DNA of 64,000 bases from Eledone cirrhosa (GCA_964016885.1 OZ024745.1:24676001-24740000), one strand, 5' to 3'; counted from the first letter of the stretch, positions 30,526 to 45,903 are shown. Notes: generated by a model from the sequence alone, not told the origin. Numbers and translations: made by a program.

Positions 30526-32463
30526 ATTCAGGAATATCTGAAAGGCATTAAGGATAACATTGAGAGCTTAGAGAAAACTGAGAAGATCTTGGTGAAATCT
30601 GACAAGACCAACAACCTCTATGGAGTGCAGAAAGACATGTATAATGGCCTCATACTGAAAGAGCTGAGGAAAAAGTACAAGGTAGCAGATAAGGCCGAGC
30701 TTGAGAAAATGAATGTCGAAGCATCTTGTGTAATGCACGAGTTGGAAATTGAGAACAGAACACAACCTTTCGTGCCCAGGAAACCGAAGATCAATATGAA
30801 AGATCACAAGAGGAATTTTGAAAATGACTTGCCAGTTAGATTGATCGCACCATCAAAATCGGACCTGGGCAAATTAAGCAAAAACATTCTTGACAGGGTG
30901 ATACAGCAAATTAAGAACTTGGATTGTTTATCTAACCTGAGCTTGTGGAAGGGAACTGGAGAGGTTGTTGAGTGGTTTAAGCAAATTAAATATAACAATA
31001 ATAATAAGTTTATTCAACTTGATATAGCTAACTATTATTCTTCTATTACCCCTAATCTACTAAATAAGGCACTAAATTACGCATTCAAACATACTGACCT
31101 AACTAGCAATGAAATGCATATTATATTATCGGCTAGGAAAACTTTGATAGAATTTAATGACCAACTATGGACCAGAGCAGATAGAGATAGCAATTTTGAC
31201 ATTACTATGGGATCATCCGACTCAGCTCAGGTAACTGACCTTGTGGGCTTATTTTTAATCAATTCGCTACATAGGAAAATACCTGGTACTACCGGAGGTT
31301 TATATAGAGATGACATGCTTTTACTTATTGATAATAATAACTCTGAACTAAATAGAAAATGTAAACAAATTACACAATTTTTTAATTACTTTAATCTTAA
31401 AATAGAAATTGAGAACAACCATAGAATAGTCAATTTCCTAGATATAACATTAAATCTCAACACATGTCTTCACTATCCTTTTCACAAGTTGAATGAAAAC
31501 TTAAACTATGTCAACTTTAACTCTAACCACCCCAGATCTGTCAACAACACTATAGTAAACTCTGTTCAAAAACGTATCTCTAGGATCTCGTCGAATAGAA
31601 AGATTTTCGATGAAAAAGCCCAATACTACAATGAAGCATTAGCTAGAGCAGGATATGCTGATAAGATTGTGTACATAGATAATGATAGACAAACTAAACA
31701 AAATAACAACTATTTTAATTACGGCAACAACCTTAACAACTATAATAGAAAGCATTACAATAATTCCAAAGGCCAAAAAAGAAATAGAACTAGGAACATA
31801 ACTTGGTTTGCCCCCCCTTTCTCACTAAACATTAAAACCCACATCGCTAAACTATTTTTTAAAGCTCTTGATAATCGCTTCCCTAGAACACATAGGTATC
31901 ACTCAATTTTCAATAGACATACAATAAAATTAACCTACTCATCCACCAAAAATTTAGCACAAAATATTAATAGAATAAATAATAGGAACTTAAAACCTCG
32001 TGATAATAGCATAAATAATATACAAGTTAACAAATGTAACTGTAGAGATAGTTCTAAATGTCCGTTAAATAACAACTGCTTAGTTAAAAATATAGTATAC
32101 AATTGTAATGTTAATACTGACTCTAATTCTTTTAACTACGTCGGTTCCACATCGACGGAATTTAAACTTCGCTATAATAACCACAAGAATTCTTTCACAG
32201 ATCCAAGCAAAAAATCTTCAACGGCACTATCAGGCGTACTCTGGCAACTTAAGCTAGATAACGTTAGATATTCGACGGCTTGGAATATAGTCTCAAGAGG
32301 GATTCCTTTTAATTCATCCTCTGAGACATGTGACTTCTGCGCAGAGGAGATATTCTTTATACTAAAATCTAAAAATCCCCTTAATCTACGGACAAATTTA
32401 TTCAGTTGCTGCAAACATAGATTAAACTCAACGTTTAAATATAAATTTAAATTTAAAATGTAG
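30526..32463 (+). CDS. PLE reverse transcriptase / GIY-YIG endonuclease (open frame, N-terminus truncated)
   Basis: VKSDKT, FIQLDIANYYSSI, MGS, GLYRDD, NFLD, SNHP, WFAPPFS, CNCR-x4-CPL-x3-C, IVY..YVG..FKLRY, CDFC-x2-E, LN..R, C-K-H; the frame is open from the inversion junction. Confidence 0.93.
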   Translation: MQEYLKGIKDNIESLEKTEKILVKSDKTNNLYGVQKDMYNGLILKELRKKYKVADKAELEKMNVEASCVMHELEIENRTQPFVPRKPKINMKDHKRNFENDLPVRLIAPSKSDLGKLSKNILDRVIQQIKNLDCLSNLSLWKGTGEVVEWFKQIKYNNNNKFIQLDIANYYSSITPNLLNKALNYAFKHTDLTSNEMHIILSARKTLIEFNDQLWTRADRDSNFDITMGSSDSAQVTDLVGLFLINSLHRKIPGTTGGLYRDDMLLLIDNNNSELNRKCKQITQFFNYFNLKIEIENNHRIVNFLDITLNLNTCLHYPFHKLNENLNYVNFNSNHPRSVNNTIVNSVQKRISRISSNRKIFDEKAQYYNEALARAGYADKIVYIDNDRQTKQNNNYFNYGNNLNNYNRKHYNNSKGQKRNRTRNITWFAPPFSLNIKTHIAKLFFKALDNRFPRTHRYHSIFNRHTIKLTYSSTKNLAQNINRINNRNLKPRDNSINNIQVNKCNCRDSSKCPLNNNCLVKNIVYNCNVNTDSNSFNYVGSTSTEFKLRYNNHKNSFTDPSKKSSTALSGVLWQLKLDNVRYSTAWNIVSRGIPFNSSSETCDFCAEEIFFILKSKNPLNLRTNLFSCCKHRLNSTFKYKFKFKM

Positions 32464-33600
32464 TATATTTAGTTTGATTTATAATTATATGGGAAACTAG
32501 CCGATAAATCTTTGATTCCTTCTTTTTATTCTTTTTATTTTTATTTAATTTTATTTTTATTTAAACATTCTTCATGAAAAATTAAGCTACCCTAAAAGTT
32601 GATGCTCCAAATATTTCGAATAAACGTTACACTAGATAAACTTCTATATTAAATATAAGAACACATCTAGACCAAATTGGGCATCCTAAACTTTTTGAAA
32701 TGATCTTTGCTAGATGCGATTTGATAGATAATTTTTGGCTTTATCTGTTTTTCGACTCTGATGCTTATAATGAACTTGGCAATATATTGTCAATTAATTT
32801 TGAAGGGTTGATCTTTGTGGTTTATTTTTATTTTTATTTTTATTATTGTAGTATTTTCTAATATTTTTATTTTTAATATTTTTAATATGTAAATTTTTTA
32901 ATATGTAATATTTTTAATATGTAATATTCTTTCGTAATATTTTTTTAGTTTTCTATTTTATTATTACTTATTATTATTATTGTTATTTTTTAGTTTTGTT
33001 TCTGATATATATTTTTATTAGTATATTGAAATCTGCTCTCTATTTCTGCTTGATAGATAATCTTGTAGAGTAAAGACAGGAATAGTAATATTGACTCTAT
33101 ATATATTTGTGTGTATATATATACACATATATGTATACTTAAATTTTTATACCACAATGAGAATGTTTTCCGTGAACTTAGGGTTTGCAGAGTTGATCAT
33201 GTAAATTCACATAGATGTTTGTAGTTATCACATAAACATATGAATTTTTTTAAAAAACTAAACATAAGATCATTAATTTTCACACATTATGGATACATGT
33301 CTCATTCAGGAATACTGATATTTACAATATAGTGGCTGGTTTTTATAAATACTAATACCTCTACATTAAAACATAGGGTTTTCTACGCCTCGCCTATGTC
33401 TGGTTATTTTTAAATTTTTTCTCTCTCTATATTTTTTTTCTCTCTATATATAACAGCTGGTTTCTCTTCATATATCTCCCTTACATTAATACTAGAGCTA
33501 AATAAATAAATAAATAAATAAATAAATGTATCATTGATACGTTTACCCAACAGACGTCCCACTACCTAGTTTTCTATATATATGTATCTATCTCTATTTC

Positions 33601-33640
<40 letters not shown>

Positions 33641-33870
33641 GTTTCTTTACATAAAGTTCTTCTCTTTATCTATCTTTCCATCTCTCTATTTTGTTCCATG
33701 CATTTCTTCTTTTTCTTCTTTTTCTTCGTTTTCTGTCTTTCTTTCCTTTTTTTCTCTCTTTCTTTCTCTCTGTGTACAATTTTTTCACTGCCAAATCAAC
33801 CTTTTCAAATACAAGTCGATGTTGTTACGGTATGTCGAATCTATTTATCTATAAAACTGTTTATATTGTA

Positions 33871-33932
33871 TTTTGTCTAAGGAAGGCATAGCATATTGTT
33901 AATATGATATCCCTGAAATATATATAATGAAA
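33871..33932 (+). ncRNA. hammerhead in the 3' arm, G5-to-A mutant
   Basis: TTTTGT CTAAGGA AGG...CCT GAAA TATATA TA ATGAAA. Confidence 0.65.
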
Positions 33933-34084
33933 TAAATATGGTTTTATAAATATAGTTTCCATTTATTTAATATTGTAAATATACTCCAAATACTTGTCGA
34001 GTGCTTTTATATCAGTTATAAATATTTACTAGTTGTAACCCAACAATTTAAATATAACTTTCCATGTATATATATATATATAAA

Positions 34085-34300
34085 AGGAACGATCGACTTT
34101 CGTCAAATCGGACCGAGGAAACAATGTTTCCATTGGTCTTTCCAATTGCTAATACTATCTATCGGTCGCAACTCCAGGTAGAAGAAGCAACGTGAAATAG
34201 AATGTCTTACTCAAGGACATAACGCATCGCCCTGTCTGGGAATCGAACTCACAAGCTCAGGATTGCGAATCCAATTCTCTAACCACTCAGCCACACGCCT
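34085..34300 (-). mobile_element. tRNA-derived SINE, family B
   Basis: Minus strand has TGGCTGAGTGG A box, GAGTTCGATTCC B box and TGTCCTTGAGTAAGAC. Confidence 0.8.
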
Positions 34301-34309
34301 TCATAATAC

Positions 34310-34362
<53 letters not shown>

Positions 34363-34624
34363 CAACCCTTTAACCCTATAACCCCCATCCATATTATATA
34401 TCCATTCCTAATTACTGAAAGAAAACCGCCGAAGAAAAGGACAAAAAATATATATAGGTTTTATGATATCTTATTATTTTGTCCGTGGCAGTTGTTCCTG
34501 TATGATAAAGCATCATACAGGAACAAACCTAACCACTTTGAAACTCTCCCTAATCACAAACCCCTACCATTTTACACAATTGCCTCCTTCAAATATTTTT
34601 TTTCTTCCATTGATGTCGATGTTT

Positions 34625-35648
34625 ATGCTGGTAGTGAGGGGTGGGGTAATGTTGGTGGTGGTGGTGGTGGTGGTAGTGAGGGGTGGGGTAATGTTGGTGG
34701 TGGTGGTGGTGGTGGTAGTGAGGGGTGGGGTAATGTCGGTGGTGGTGGTGGTGGTAGTGATGGGTGGGGTAATGTCGGTGGTGGTTGTGTTAATGATAGT
34801 GGTGGTGGTGGTGGTGGTGGTGGTGTTGGTGATAATGGTGGTGGTGGTGGTGGTGGTGGTGGTGATGCTGGTGGTGGTGGTGGTGGTGGTGATGGTATTG
34901 TTGGTGGTGGTGGTGTTAGTGAGGGGTGGGGTGATGTAATGTCGGTGGTGGTTGTTGTTTTGGTGGTGGTAGTGGCAGTGTTGATGGTATTGTTGGTGTT
35001 GGTGGTGGTTTTGTTAATGATGGTGGTGGTGGTGGTGGTGGTGGTGGTGGTGATGTTGGTGGTGGTGGTGGTGGTGGTGGTGGTGATGGTATTGTTGGTA
35101 GTGGTGGTGGTTGTGTTAATGATAGTGGTGGTGGTGGTGGTGGTGGTGGTGGTGGTAGTGATGTTGGTGGTGGTGGTGGTGGTGGTATTGATGGTATTGT
35201 TGGTGCTGGTGGTGGTTGTGTTAATGATAGTGATAGTGGTGGTGGTGGTGGTGGTGGTGGTGGTGGTGGTGGTGGTGGTGGTGGTGGTGGTGGTGGTGGT
35301 AGTGGTGGTGGTGGTGGTGGTGGTGGTGGTGGTGGTAGTGGTGGTGGTGGTGGTGGTGATGGTATTGTTGGTGCTGGTGCTGGTTTTCTTAATCGTAGTG
35401 ATGGTGGTGGTAGGGGTGGGGGGTAGTGTTGATGATGATGGTGGTGGTGGTGGTGGTGGTGGTGGTGACAGTGTCGAGGATAGTGGTGATGGTGGAGGTA
35501 GTAGTAGTGTTGATGCTGGTGGTAATGTTAATGGTGGGGGTAGTGTTCGTAGTAGAGGTTAGGATTTTGACGATGGTCATTCTTACGATGATGATGTTGG
35601 TGATTGTAGTGGTGTGATGGTGGTGGTGCTGGTGGTGCTGGTGCTGGT
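34625..35648. repeat. (GGT)n compound repeat with tandem GAGGGGTGGGGTAATGT units
   Basis: Direct reading. Confidence 0.95.
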
Positions 35649-36249
35649 AAAAACATTTTGTAAATTGATTCTAGAGTTAAATAATTTTGGTTGATTAATA
35701 TGAGTGCAGAAATATATCCTAATTCTTGACACGTATTAATTTTTTATAAAACTAGAAAGACAACAACCGAAGACAATTTACGAGATGAGAAGAGAACACA
35801 ACAATAAATGACCCAACTAATGTGTTAAGGTCATTTATCCTGCTAAAGTAGTGGTTATTGTCACAAGATCTATGACAAGTTTTATATTCATCATAGAGTC
35901 CTTTTTTGAAGCAATGCTCTATAGCAGGATGCCCTTCCTTACGCCAACCCTTTTAATCGCCTCTTACGTCACACATCTCACATAAACATATATGCACGTA
36001 AGAAGAAACAAACACGTACAGGTATATATAAACCCACACATCATCCGCATACACATATAAGTACCAATAAGAGATCCGGATGCTCTATCATTACCTCGCC
36101 ATGCCGACACGACCCGTACACAGGACTACACAAATCCTGATAAAACTTTATTTGACTTTTACTTCTACTTTCCAGCCTCCTCTTTCTCATAACGTTAATC
36201 TTTTTGATAAAGAAGTAACGTCCGAGACGTTGAGACATTCAATCATATA

Positions 36250-36311
36250 TTTTGTCTGATGAGGACGTACTGAAAAAACAACACAGTACCTTTGAAATAT
36301 ATATAATAAAG
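36250..36311 (+). ncRNA. hammerhead in a solo PLE-terminus remnant
   Basis: TTTTGT CTGATGA GGAC GTACTG...CAGTAC CTTT GAAA TATATA TA ATAAAG. Confidence 0.7.
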
Positions 36312-36350
36312 TATATATTTTGATTATGAGAATATTTTTCATTTGTTATT

Positions 36351-37292
<942 letters not shown>

Positions 37293-37308
37293 ATATATAT
37301 ACATACAT

Positions 37309-37339
<31 letters not shown>

Positions 37340-37902
37340 AAAGAATAGAGGTGTAACACACAGGTTATTATATATTGGTAAACGGAATAGAAAATGCTGA
37401 CAAATTGTTCACAGTTGAAAAATGGTTTAATTAGGAATAAAAGAGTATTAGTGATTGTATGGGTTAGTATTCAGTTGTGGTTTTAAGTTTTTAAGTTTTT
37501 ACCGGTTGCGCATTTCTAAAAGCTTTTCAAAAATAATTTTGAGATAGAGTGTCCGTGCTGTTTGCTCTGATCTGATTAGTTTTGGGAATTCTACCTGTTT
37601 TTATGTTAAAAAAGTGGCTCCAGCGTTATTTTTGTGTTGCAAAAATGCTTGTGGTCAAAACAATTTTGATTGGTCGGTAGAGGTCATGTGAATGTGAAAA
37701 GTTGATTTTGCGCCAAGACTGTTTTTATGTTAAAATGTTAAAAAAGTGGCTCCAGCAAAAATTATTGGTCAAAACAATTTTGATTGGTCGGTAGAGGTCA
37801 TGTGGATAAAAAATTGGTTTTGTGCCAAGATTGAGAAATGACTCTTTCACAACAAATATGTGTGTGTGTGTGTGTGTGTGTATGTGTGTGTGTGTGTGTG
37901 TA

Positions 37903-37943
<41 letters not shown>

Positions 37944-38016
37944 AGTTGTAGTAGTAAGGTGTTCGATGCTGCGACAATGGCCAGCAGCGATGTGTGTCAA
38001 ATGGCTATTAAGATAA

Positions 38017-38047
<31 letters not shown>

Positions 38048-38517
38048 GCAGAGTCATTCGAAGGTCAAAAGATATTTTTCAGATTTTGTCTTATACGGAG
38101 AAGTGCGTGTGTGTGTGTGTGTGTGTGTATAAGTCTCTTTGTATGTTGATGTACGCGTGTGTATGTGTTTGTGTATATATGTGTGTGTGTGTGTGTGTGT
38201 GGGTGGACCAGTATTTTTTTCCCCCTGGTAAAATGGTGTACATTATTCGATTTTTTCAGTAAAATCGGTTCTCTTAATAGAACATCAAAAATCTTAACAA
38301 TAAAAGGTGTGAAATGATATTCACTATATATATACACACACACACATTCACTACATATATATTTATATATATACATATATACATATATATGCACATATAT
38401 TTTTTTGTATTGCACCATAGAGCATGTGTGTTTACGTGTGTCATTGTGTTTATATGTGGGTAGAGATGTGTGCTGATGTAGGTATGTATGTTGACGTGTG
38501 TATGTTGTGGGTTCGTC

Positions 38518-39080
38518 TTAGGGAGAATTGTTTAGACGGGGTCCGTATTTGTTAATGAAGTAAGATTCCTTGCTGATGCGCTGGGTGTGGGTGGCATTAT
38601 CTTTAAATTTGTAGAGGGGAAAGATTCTGAAGTTGGGATGATTTTGGGCGGCACAGGTATCAATGTGTTCACTCAGTGGTATTTTCCTGTATTCCCGTAT
38701 TTTAATTTGGGATCTATGGACAGTCATGCGTTGGCGGAGGATGTTTTTGATCTGGCCTATGTATTGTTCTCGACAACCTGAACAAGTTAATACATATATT
38801 AGATTTTCCGATGCACATGTGAAATTGTGTTTTACTATAAAACGTTGTCCATCTTTGAAATAGAATTCCGAACCCTCTATTAGGTTGATGCAAATGCCAC
38901 AGTTGGGTCTATCGCATTTTTTTACTGTGGGTTTCGTTGTTGTGGTTGGCAGTACTTTGGCATGTGTTAAGATGTTTTTCATTGACTTGGATTGTCTTTT
39001 GCTCTTTATGACATCGTGTGTTCGTAGAATTTGGTTCATTCTATGGTCCTTTTTCAATACAGGGATGTTCTGGAGGATGT
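38518..39080 (-). pseudogene. PLE GIY-YIG endonuclease domain (5'-truncated)
   Basis: CDRPNCGIC, FTCASENLIYVLTCSGCREQYIGQ, LRQRMTVH, SEH, RISKE, P.LN. Confidence 0.9.
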
Positions 39081-39396
39081 GAAAGAGTCATTTCTCAATC
39101 TTGGCGCAAAACCAATTTTTTATCCACATGACCTCTACCGACCAATCAAAATTGTTTTGACCAATAATTTTTGCTGGAGCCACTTTTTTTAATATTTTAA
39201 CATAAAAACAGTCTTGGCGCAAAATCAACTTTTTACATTCACATGACCTCTACCGACCAATCAAAATTGTTTTGACCACAAGCATTTTTGCAACACAAAA
39301 ATAACGCTGGAGCCACTTTTTTAACATAAAAACAGGTAGAATTCCCAAAACTAATCAGATCAGAGCAAACAGCACGGACACTCTATCTCAAAATTA

Positions 39397-39434
39397 TGTT
39401 TGAAAAGCATTTAGAAATGCGCAACCGGTAAAAA
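39397..39434 (+). ncRNA. degenerate U3:A8 hammerhead (mirror at ~37496-37533 on the minus strand)
   Basis: TTGAAAA GCATT TAGA AATGC GCAA CCGG TA; GAAA reads GCAA in both arms. Confidence 0.5.
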
Positions 39435-39551
39435 CTTAAAAACTTAAAACCACAACTGAATACTAACCCATACAATCACTAATACTCTTTTATTCCTAAT
39501 TAAACCATTTTTCAACTGTGAACAATTTGTCAGCATTTTCTATTCCGTTTA

Positions 39552-39649
<98 letters not shown>

Positions 39650-39731
39650 CATGTATATGTATGTATATATATATTTATTTACGTAAAGTACAGAGCGTAC
39701 TTTACGTAAATAGATATATATATACATACAT

Positions 39732-39812
<81 letters not shown>

Positions 39813-39876
39813 GAAACACACAGATACATGCGGACACACACATATATACATGAATGCATCCGCAGCCAACTGTGAG

Positions 39877-39924
<48 letters not shown>

Positions 39925-40056
39925 ATGTATGTATATATATATTTATTTACGTAAAGTACAGAGCGTATGTGCATAAACACACACTCACCGTACTGTATTA
40001 TGGCAGTATTGTGTTAGCTCAATGTACATGAACAGAGCCGTTATATGCAAAAGAAA

Positions 40057-40094
<38 letters not shown>

Positions 40095-40655
40095 TATATA
40101 TATATCTCACACTTTTACTCACTCACTCTCTGCTACTCCCTCTCCATCACTTCCTCCCGTTTGACCTGTGCTAAATCCTTTTCTCGTTCACATTTCAACC
40201 AGGTTGGATGGTCTTTATCTCTCGTCTACGATTTCACAGAACTTATGTTCATCGATTTCAGGGACTTGACTCCTTCTTCCTCACTTTTCGTTGCATTACC
40301 ATCTTTGTTTGTTTACTGTCTCGTTCGTGCCCCCTATTTACGTGTCCCAACGACTTTCTTTAGCCGTTGCTCGCACCAACCAGAGGTATATGATCTTTAA
40401 AGCGATGAAATACCAATATGAAGGCTGGAAGATCACTGATGAAGGACTAATTTTAATCATATATATATATATATATATATATATAACGAAATAACGAAGG
40501 AGGTGTGGTAAGGAGCCAGATGGACCATAACGCACCAGGGTACTCAATACTTAGGGTAGTAGAGTGGGTAATAGGAAAATAGCCGTCCAGAAATAGCCGT
40601 TGAAACGGCTTGAGCTCTGCCGTCGGGGTCATACATTTTCATATATATATATATA

Positions 40656-41679
<1,024 letters not shown>

Positions 41680-41859
41680 TATATATATACTTTTGTTGAA
41701 ACTCATGGTGTATTCCTAACCGGATACACACGTCATAACAATAAATGGACCTAACAAGTATTTTTTTAAGAAGCTGCAACATATTTAGATGAACGTTCCA
41801 ACAATAATAGTACAATAGATTGATTATGTTTGGTAATGTTGGTAATGTTGATAATGCTG

Positions 41860-41871
41860 GTTATCATGATA

Positions 41872-41927
<56 letters not shown>

Positions 41928-41971
41928 GATGATGGTGATGATGGTGATGATGGTGATAATGGTGATGATGG

Positions 41972-42015
<44 letters not shown>

Positions 42016-42530
42016 GTGATGGTGATAATGGTGATAATGGTGATGATGGTGATGATGGTGATAATGGTGATAATGGTGATGATGGTGATGATGGTGATAA
42101 TGGTGATAATGGTGATGATGGTGATGATGGTGACAATGGTGATAATGGTGATAATGGTGATAATGGTGATGATGGTGATGATGGTGACAATGGTGATAAT
42201 GGTGATAATGGTGATAATGGTGATGATGGTGATAATGGTGATAATGGTGATAATGGTGATAATGGTGATGATGGTGATGATGGTAATAATGGTGATAATG
42301 GTGATGATGGTGATGATGGTGATAATGGTGATAATGGTGATAATGGTGATAATGGTGATGATGGTGATGATGGTGACAATGGTGATAATGGTGATAATGG
42401 TGATAATGGTGATGATGGTGATGATGGTGATAATGGTGATAATGGTGATAATGGTGATGATGATGATGATGATGATAATGGTGATAATGGTGATAATGGT
42501 GATGATGGTGATAATGGTGATAATGGTGAT
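41860..42530. repeat. (GAT)n and 9-bp (GGTGATAAT/GGTGATGAT)n array
   Basis: Direct reading. Confidence 0.95.
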
Positions 42531-42654
42531 ATATGCAAGTTTATTTTATTAGTTTCCTCAAGGATACAAAAGAGAATTTTATAACTCGTTAAAATATAAT
42601 TCACAATTTTACAACTCTTTAAAATACAATTCACAATAACGATGATTGTAATGA

Positions 42655-42660
42655 TAGTGG

Positions 42661-42715
<55 letters not shown>

Positions 42716-42771
42716 GGTAGTGTTGTTGTTGTTGGTGGTGGTGGTGGTGGTGCTGGTGTTGTTGGTGGTAG

Positions 42772-42802
<31 letters not shown>

Positions 42803-42855
42803 GTTGTTGGTGGTAGTGTTGTTGTTGTTGTTGGTGGTGGTGGCGTTGGTAGTAG

Positions 42856-42886
<31 letters not shown>

Positions 42887-42957
42887 GGTGGTGCTGGTGT
42901 TGTTGGTGGTAGTGTTGTTGTTGTTGTTGTTGGTGGTGGTGGTGTTGTTGGTGGTAG

Positions 42958-42988
<31 letters not shown>

Positions 42989-43185
42989 GGTAGTGGTGGT
43001 GGTGGTGGTGTTGTTGTTGGTGGTGGTATTGGTGGTGGTGGTGGTGGTGGTGTTGTTGGTGGTAGTGTTGTTGTTGTTGTTGGTGGTGGTGGTGTTGTTG
43101 TTGGTGGTGGTGTTGGTGGTGGTGTTGGTGGTGGTGTTGTTGTTGGTGGTGGTGTTGGTGGTGGTGGTGGTGGTGGTGGTGTTGG
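42655..43185. repeat. (GTT)/(GGT) compound microsatellite
   Basis: Direct reading. Confidence 0.95.
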
Positions 43186-43590
43186 TCATGACCATAGGAA
43201 TGCGACTAGCTGCTGCTACTGTTGCTGCTGCTGAAAATGATGGCGGTGGTGTTTGAAAAGGAGGGGGAGTAGGAGGCTAATGATGGTGATAGTGATGATG
43301 AGGAATACCATTATGATGGTAGTAGTGTTGTGTTGCTAGTGTTGTTGGTGGTGGTGCTGGAGGTAGAGAAGTGAAACCGATTGAATCGATCTAACAATTT
43401 TCTATTAGTATTTATTTTCATCGATCATGAACGGATGAGAAAAGAAAATCGATTTTCTTGTGCGAAAATTGGAACGGTGTTAAATATATTATGCTCACAT
43501 ACACACACTATATGTGTGTGTATATATATATATACACACTGTCTGTTTTACTGTTTTATATATATATATGTGTGTATGCATGTATATATG

Positions 43591-43646
<56 letters not shown>

Positions 43647-43699
43647 GATATATATATATATATAGTATATATATATATAAATATATATATATATGTGTT

Positions 43700-43766
<67 letters not shown>

Positions 43767-43863
43767 GTATAGTATATATATATATATATACTATACATAT
43801 ATATATATACATATATATATATATACATACATATATAAGCATATATATGTAGGTATAGATATA

Positions 43864-43992
<129 letters not shown>

Positions 43993-44019
43993 GCAGAAGG
44001 GATATTCAATTTGTTATAA

Positions 44020-44552
44020 TTCAACAAATATAAATGTTTATAACTGATTCAGAGCACTCTACAGATTTTCTGGAGTATAATATACAATGATATTAAATAA
44101 ATGGAAACTATATTTATAAAACCATATTTATTCTATTATATATATTTCCAATCTGAGTTCAATTCCCGCCGAGGTTAACTTTGCCTTTCATCCATATGGG
44201 GTCGATAAAATAAAGTACCAGTAATGTACTGGGTAATTGTTGGCCTTGTACGAAAAGTAGAAACAATTATATATATTTCAAGGGTACCAAAATGTTGGTA
44301 CGCTATCATCAGATAAAATACGAAGTGTGTTTTATAAATTTTGACATAACGAAGGAGAATATACCTTAACGGTTCCAAGGATAACTGGAACGGTTAAGGT
44401 ATATTCTCCTTGGTTATGTCAATATTTATAAAACACACTTCGTATTTTATCTGATGATAGCGTACCAAAATTTTGGTACCTTTGAAATATATATAATAGA
44501 ATAAATATGGTTTTATAAATATAGTTTCCATTTATTTAATATCATTGTATAT
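44020..44552. mobile_element. palindromic mini-element made of two opposed Naiad-like termini, each with a hammerhead; left arm split by a SINE
   Basis: Arms meet at loop 44378-44385; plus-strand HHR 44445-44501 is TTTTAT CTGATGA..GTACCAAAATTTTGGTAC..GAAA TATATA TA ATAGAA; tail matches 33915-34035. Confidence 0.82.
44150..44268 (+). mobile_element. 5'-truncated family A SINE with TSD
   Basis: Starts at the B box GAGTTCAATTCC; ATTATATATATTTC is duplicated on both sides. Confidence 0.85.
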
Positions 44553-44644
44553 ATATATATGTATATATATAAAACCCACAAAATATGTATACGTATATAT
44601 ATTGTCTGATTTATATATATATGATGTATGTAAATATATATATG

Positions 44645-44678
<34 letters not shown>

Positions 44679-44721
44679 AATATATATATCTGTATATATA
44701 TATACATATATACATATATAA

Positions 44722-44752
<31 letters not shown>

Positions 44753-44769
44753 CATATACATACACGCAC

Positions 44770-44810
<41 letters not shown>

Positions 44811-44811
44811 A

Positions 44812-44860
<49 letters not shown>

Positions 44861-44957
44861 GGTGGTGGTGGAAACTGACGGGTGGGTGAGTGAGTGGTGG
44901 TGGGGTCATATCGGTGTTAAGTAAATATGTAAAGTATATACTATATATATGTGTGTT

Positions 44958-45030
<73 letters not shown>

Positions 45031-45283
45031 ATATATATATATGTGTGTGTGTGTATATAAATTTCTATTTGTACGTTACTGATTTTCGCTATTAATACTT
45101 TTTTCTTCCTTTTTTGCAGAAGAACGTGACGGCTCTTCATTTCTCCGTTGTTTTTGAATAGTAATTATACACACACACACACATACACACATACACACAC
45201 ACATATATATATATATATAGACACACATATATAAATACACACGCACCCATATATACACACAAACACCACGAACACACACACAT

Positions 45284-45350
<67 letters not shown>

Positions 45351-45417
45351 TAAATACACACGCACACATATATACACACAAACACCACAAAGACACACAC
45401 ACACACATATATATATG

Positions 45418-45500
<83 letters not shown>

Positions 45501-45535
45501 TCGAAAAATATTCTTACACATATATATATATATGA

Positions 45536-45612
<77 letters not shown>

Positions 45613-45732
45613 TATTGTGTGTGTGAGACGGAGTGTATAGTAAAAATATTTAATTTAATGATTCCTTGATTACAACATTCTATGCAGAGTAGCTTGAATC
45701 TACAAGATTTCATTGATTTTCGTAAACTTCAA

Positions 45733-45853
45733 TCTTCTTCTTCTTCTTCTTCTTCTTCTTCTTCTTCTTCTTCTTCTTCTTCTTCTTCTTCTTCTTCTAC
45801 TGTAGTTATATTGACAGAGGCAGTGCCCAAAAGTCAAATTTGTTGTCGCCGTG

Positions 45854-45903
<50 letters not shown>

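Larger units (their letters stand above)
29851..34065 (+). mobile_element. Naiad-type Penelope-like retroelement, 5'-truncated, with ~675-bp inverted terminal copy
   Basis: 29851-30527 is the reverse complement of 33304-33976; RT + GIY-YIG ORF in between; hammerhead in both arms; TA-rich flanks. Confidence 0.92.
37371..39556 (-). mobile_element. 5'-truncated PLE with ~480-bp inverted terminal copy
   Basis: 37371-37851 is the reverse complement of 39078-39556; a GIY-YIG ORF lies between; the terminus is homologous to the 22.25-23.9 kb element. Confidence 0.87.

Noticed and set aside
30526-32463. Selenoprotein-type Naiad (in-frame UGA)
   Set aside because: No in-frame stop in the ORF and no SECIS recognised in the 3' UTR
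34318-35562. Gly-rich ORF with SEGWGNVGGG repeats
   Set aside because: Derived from a (GGT)n compound repeat; drifts into poly-Val
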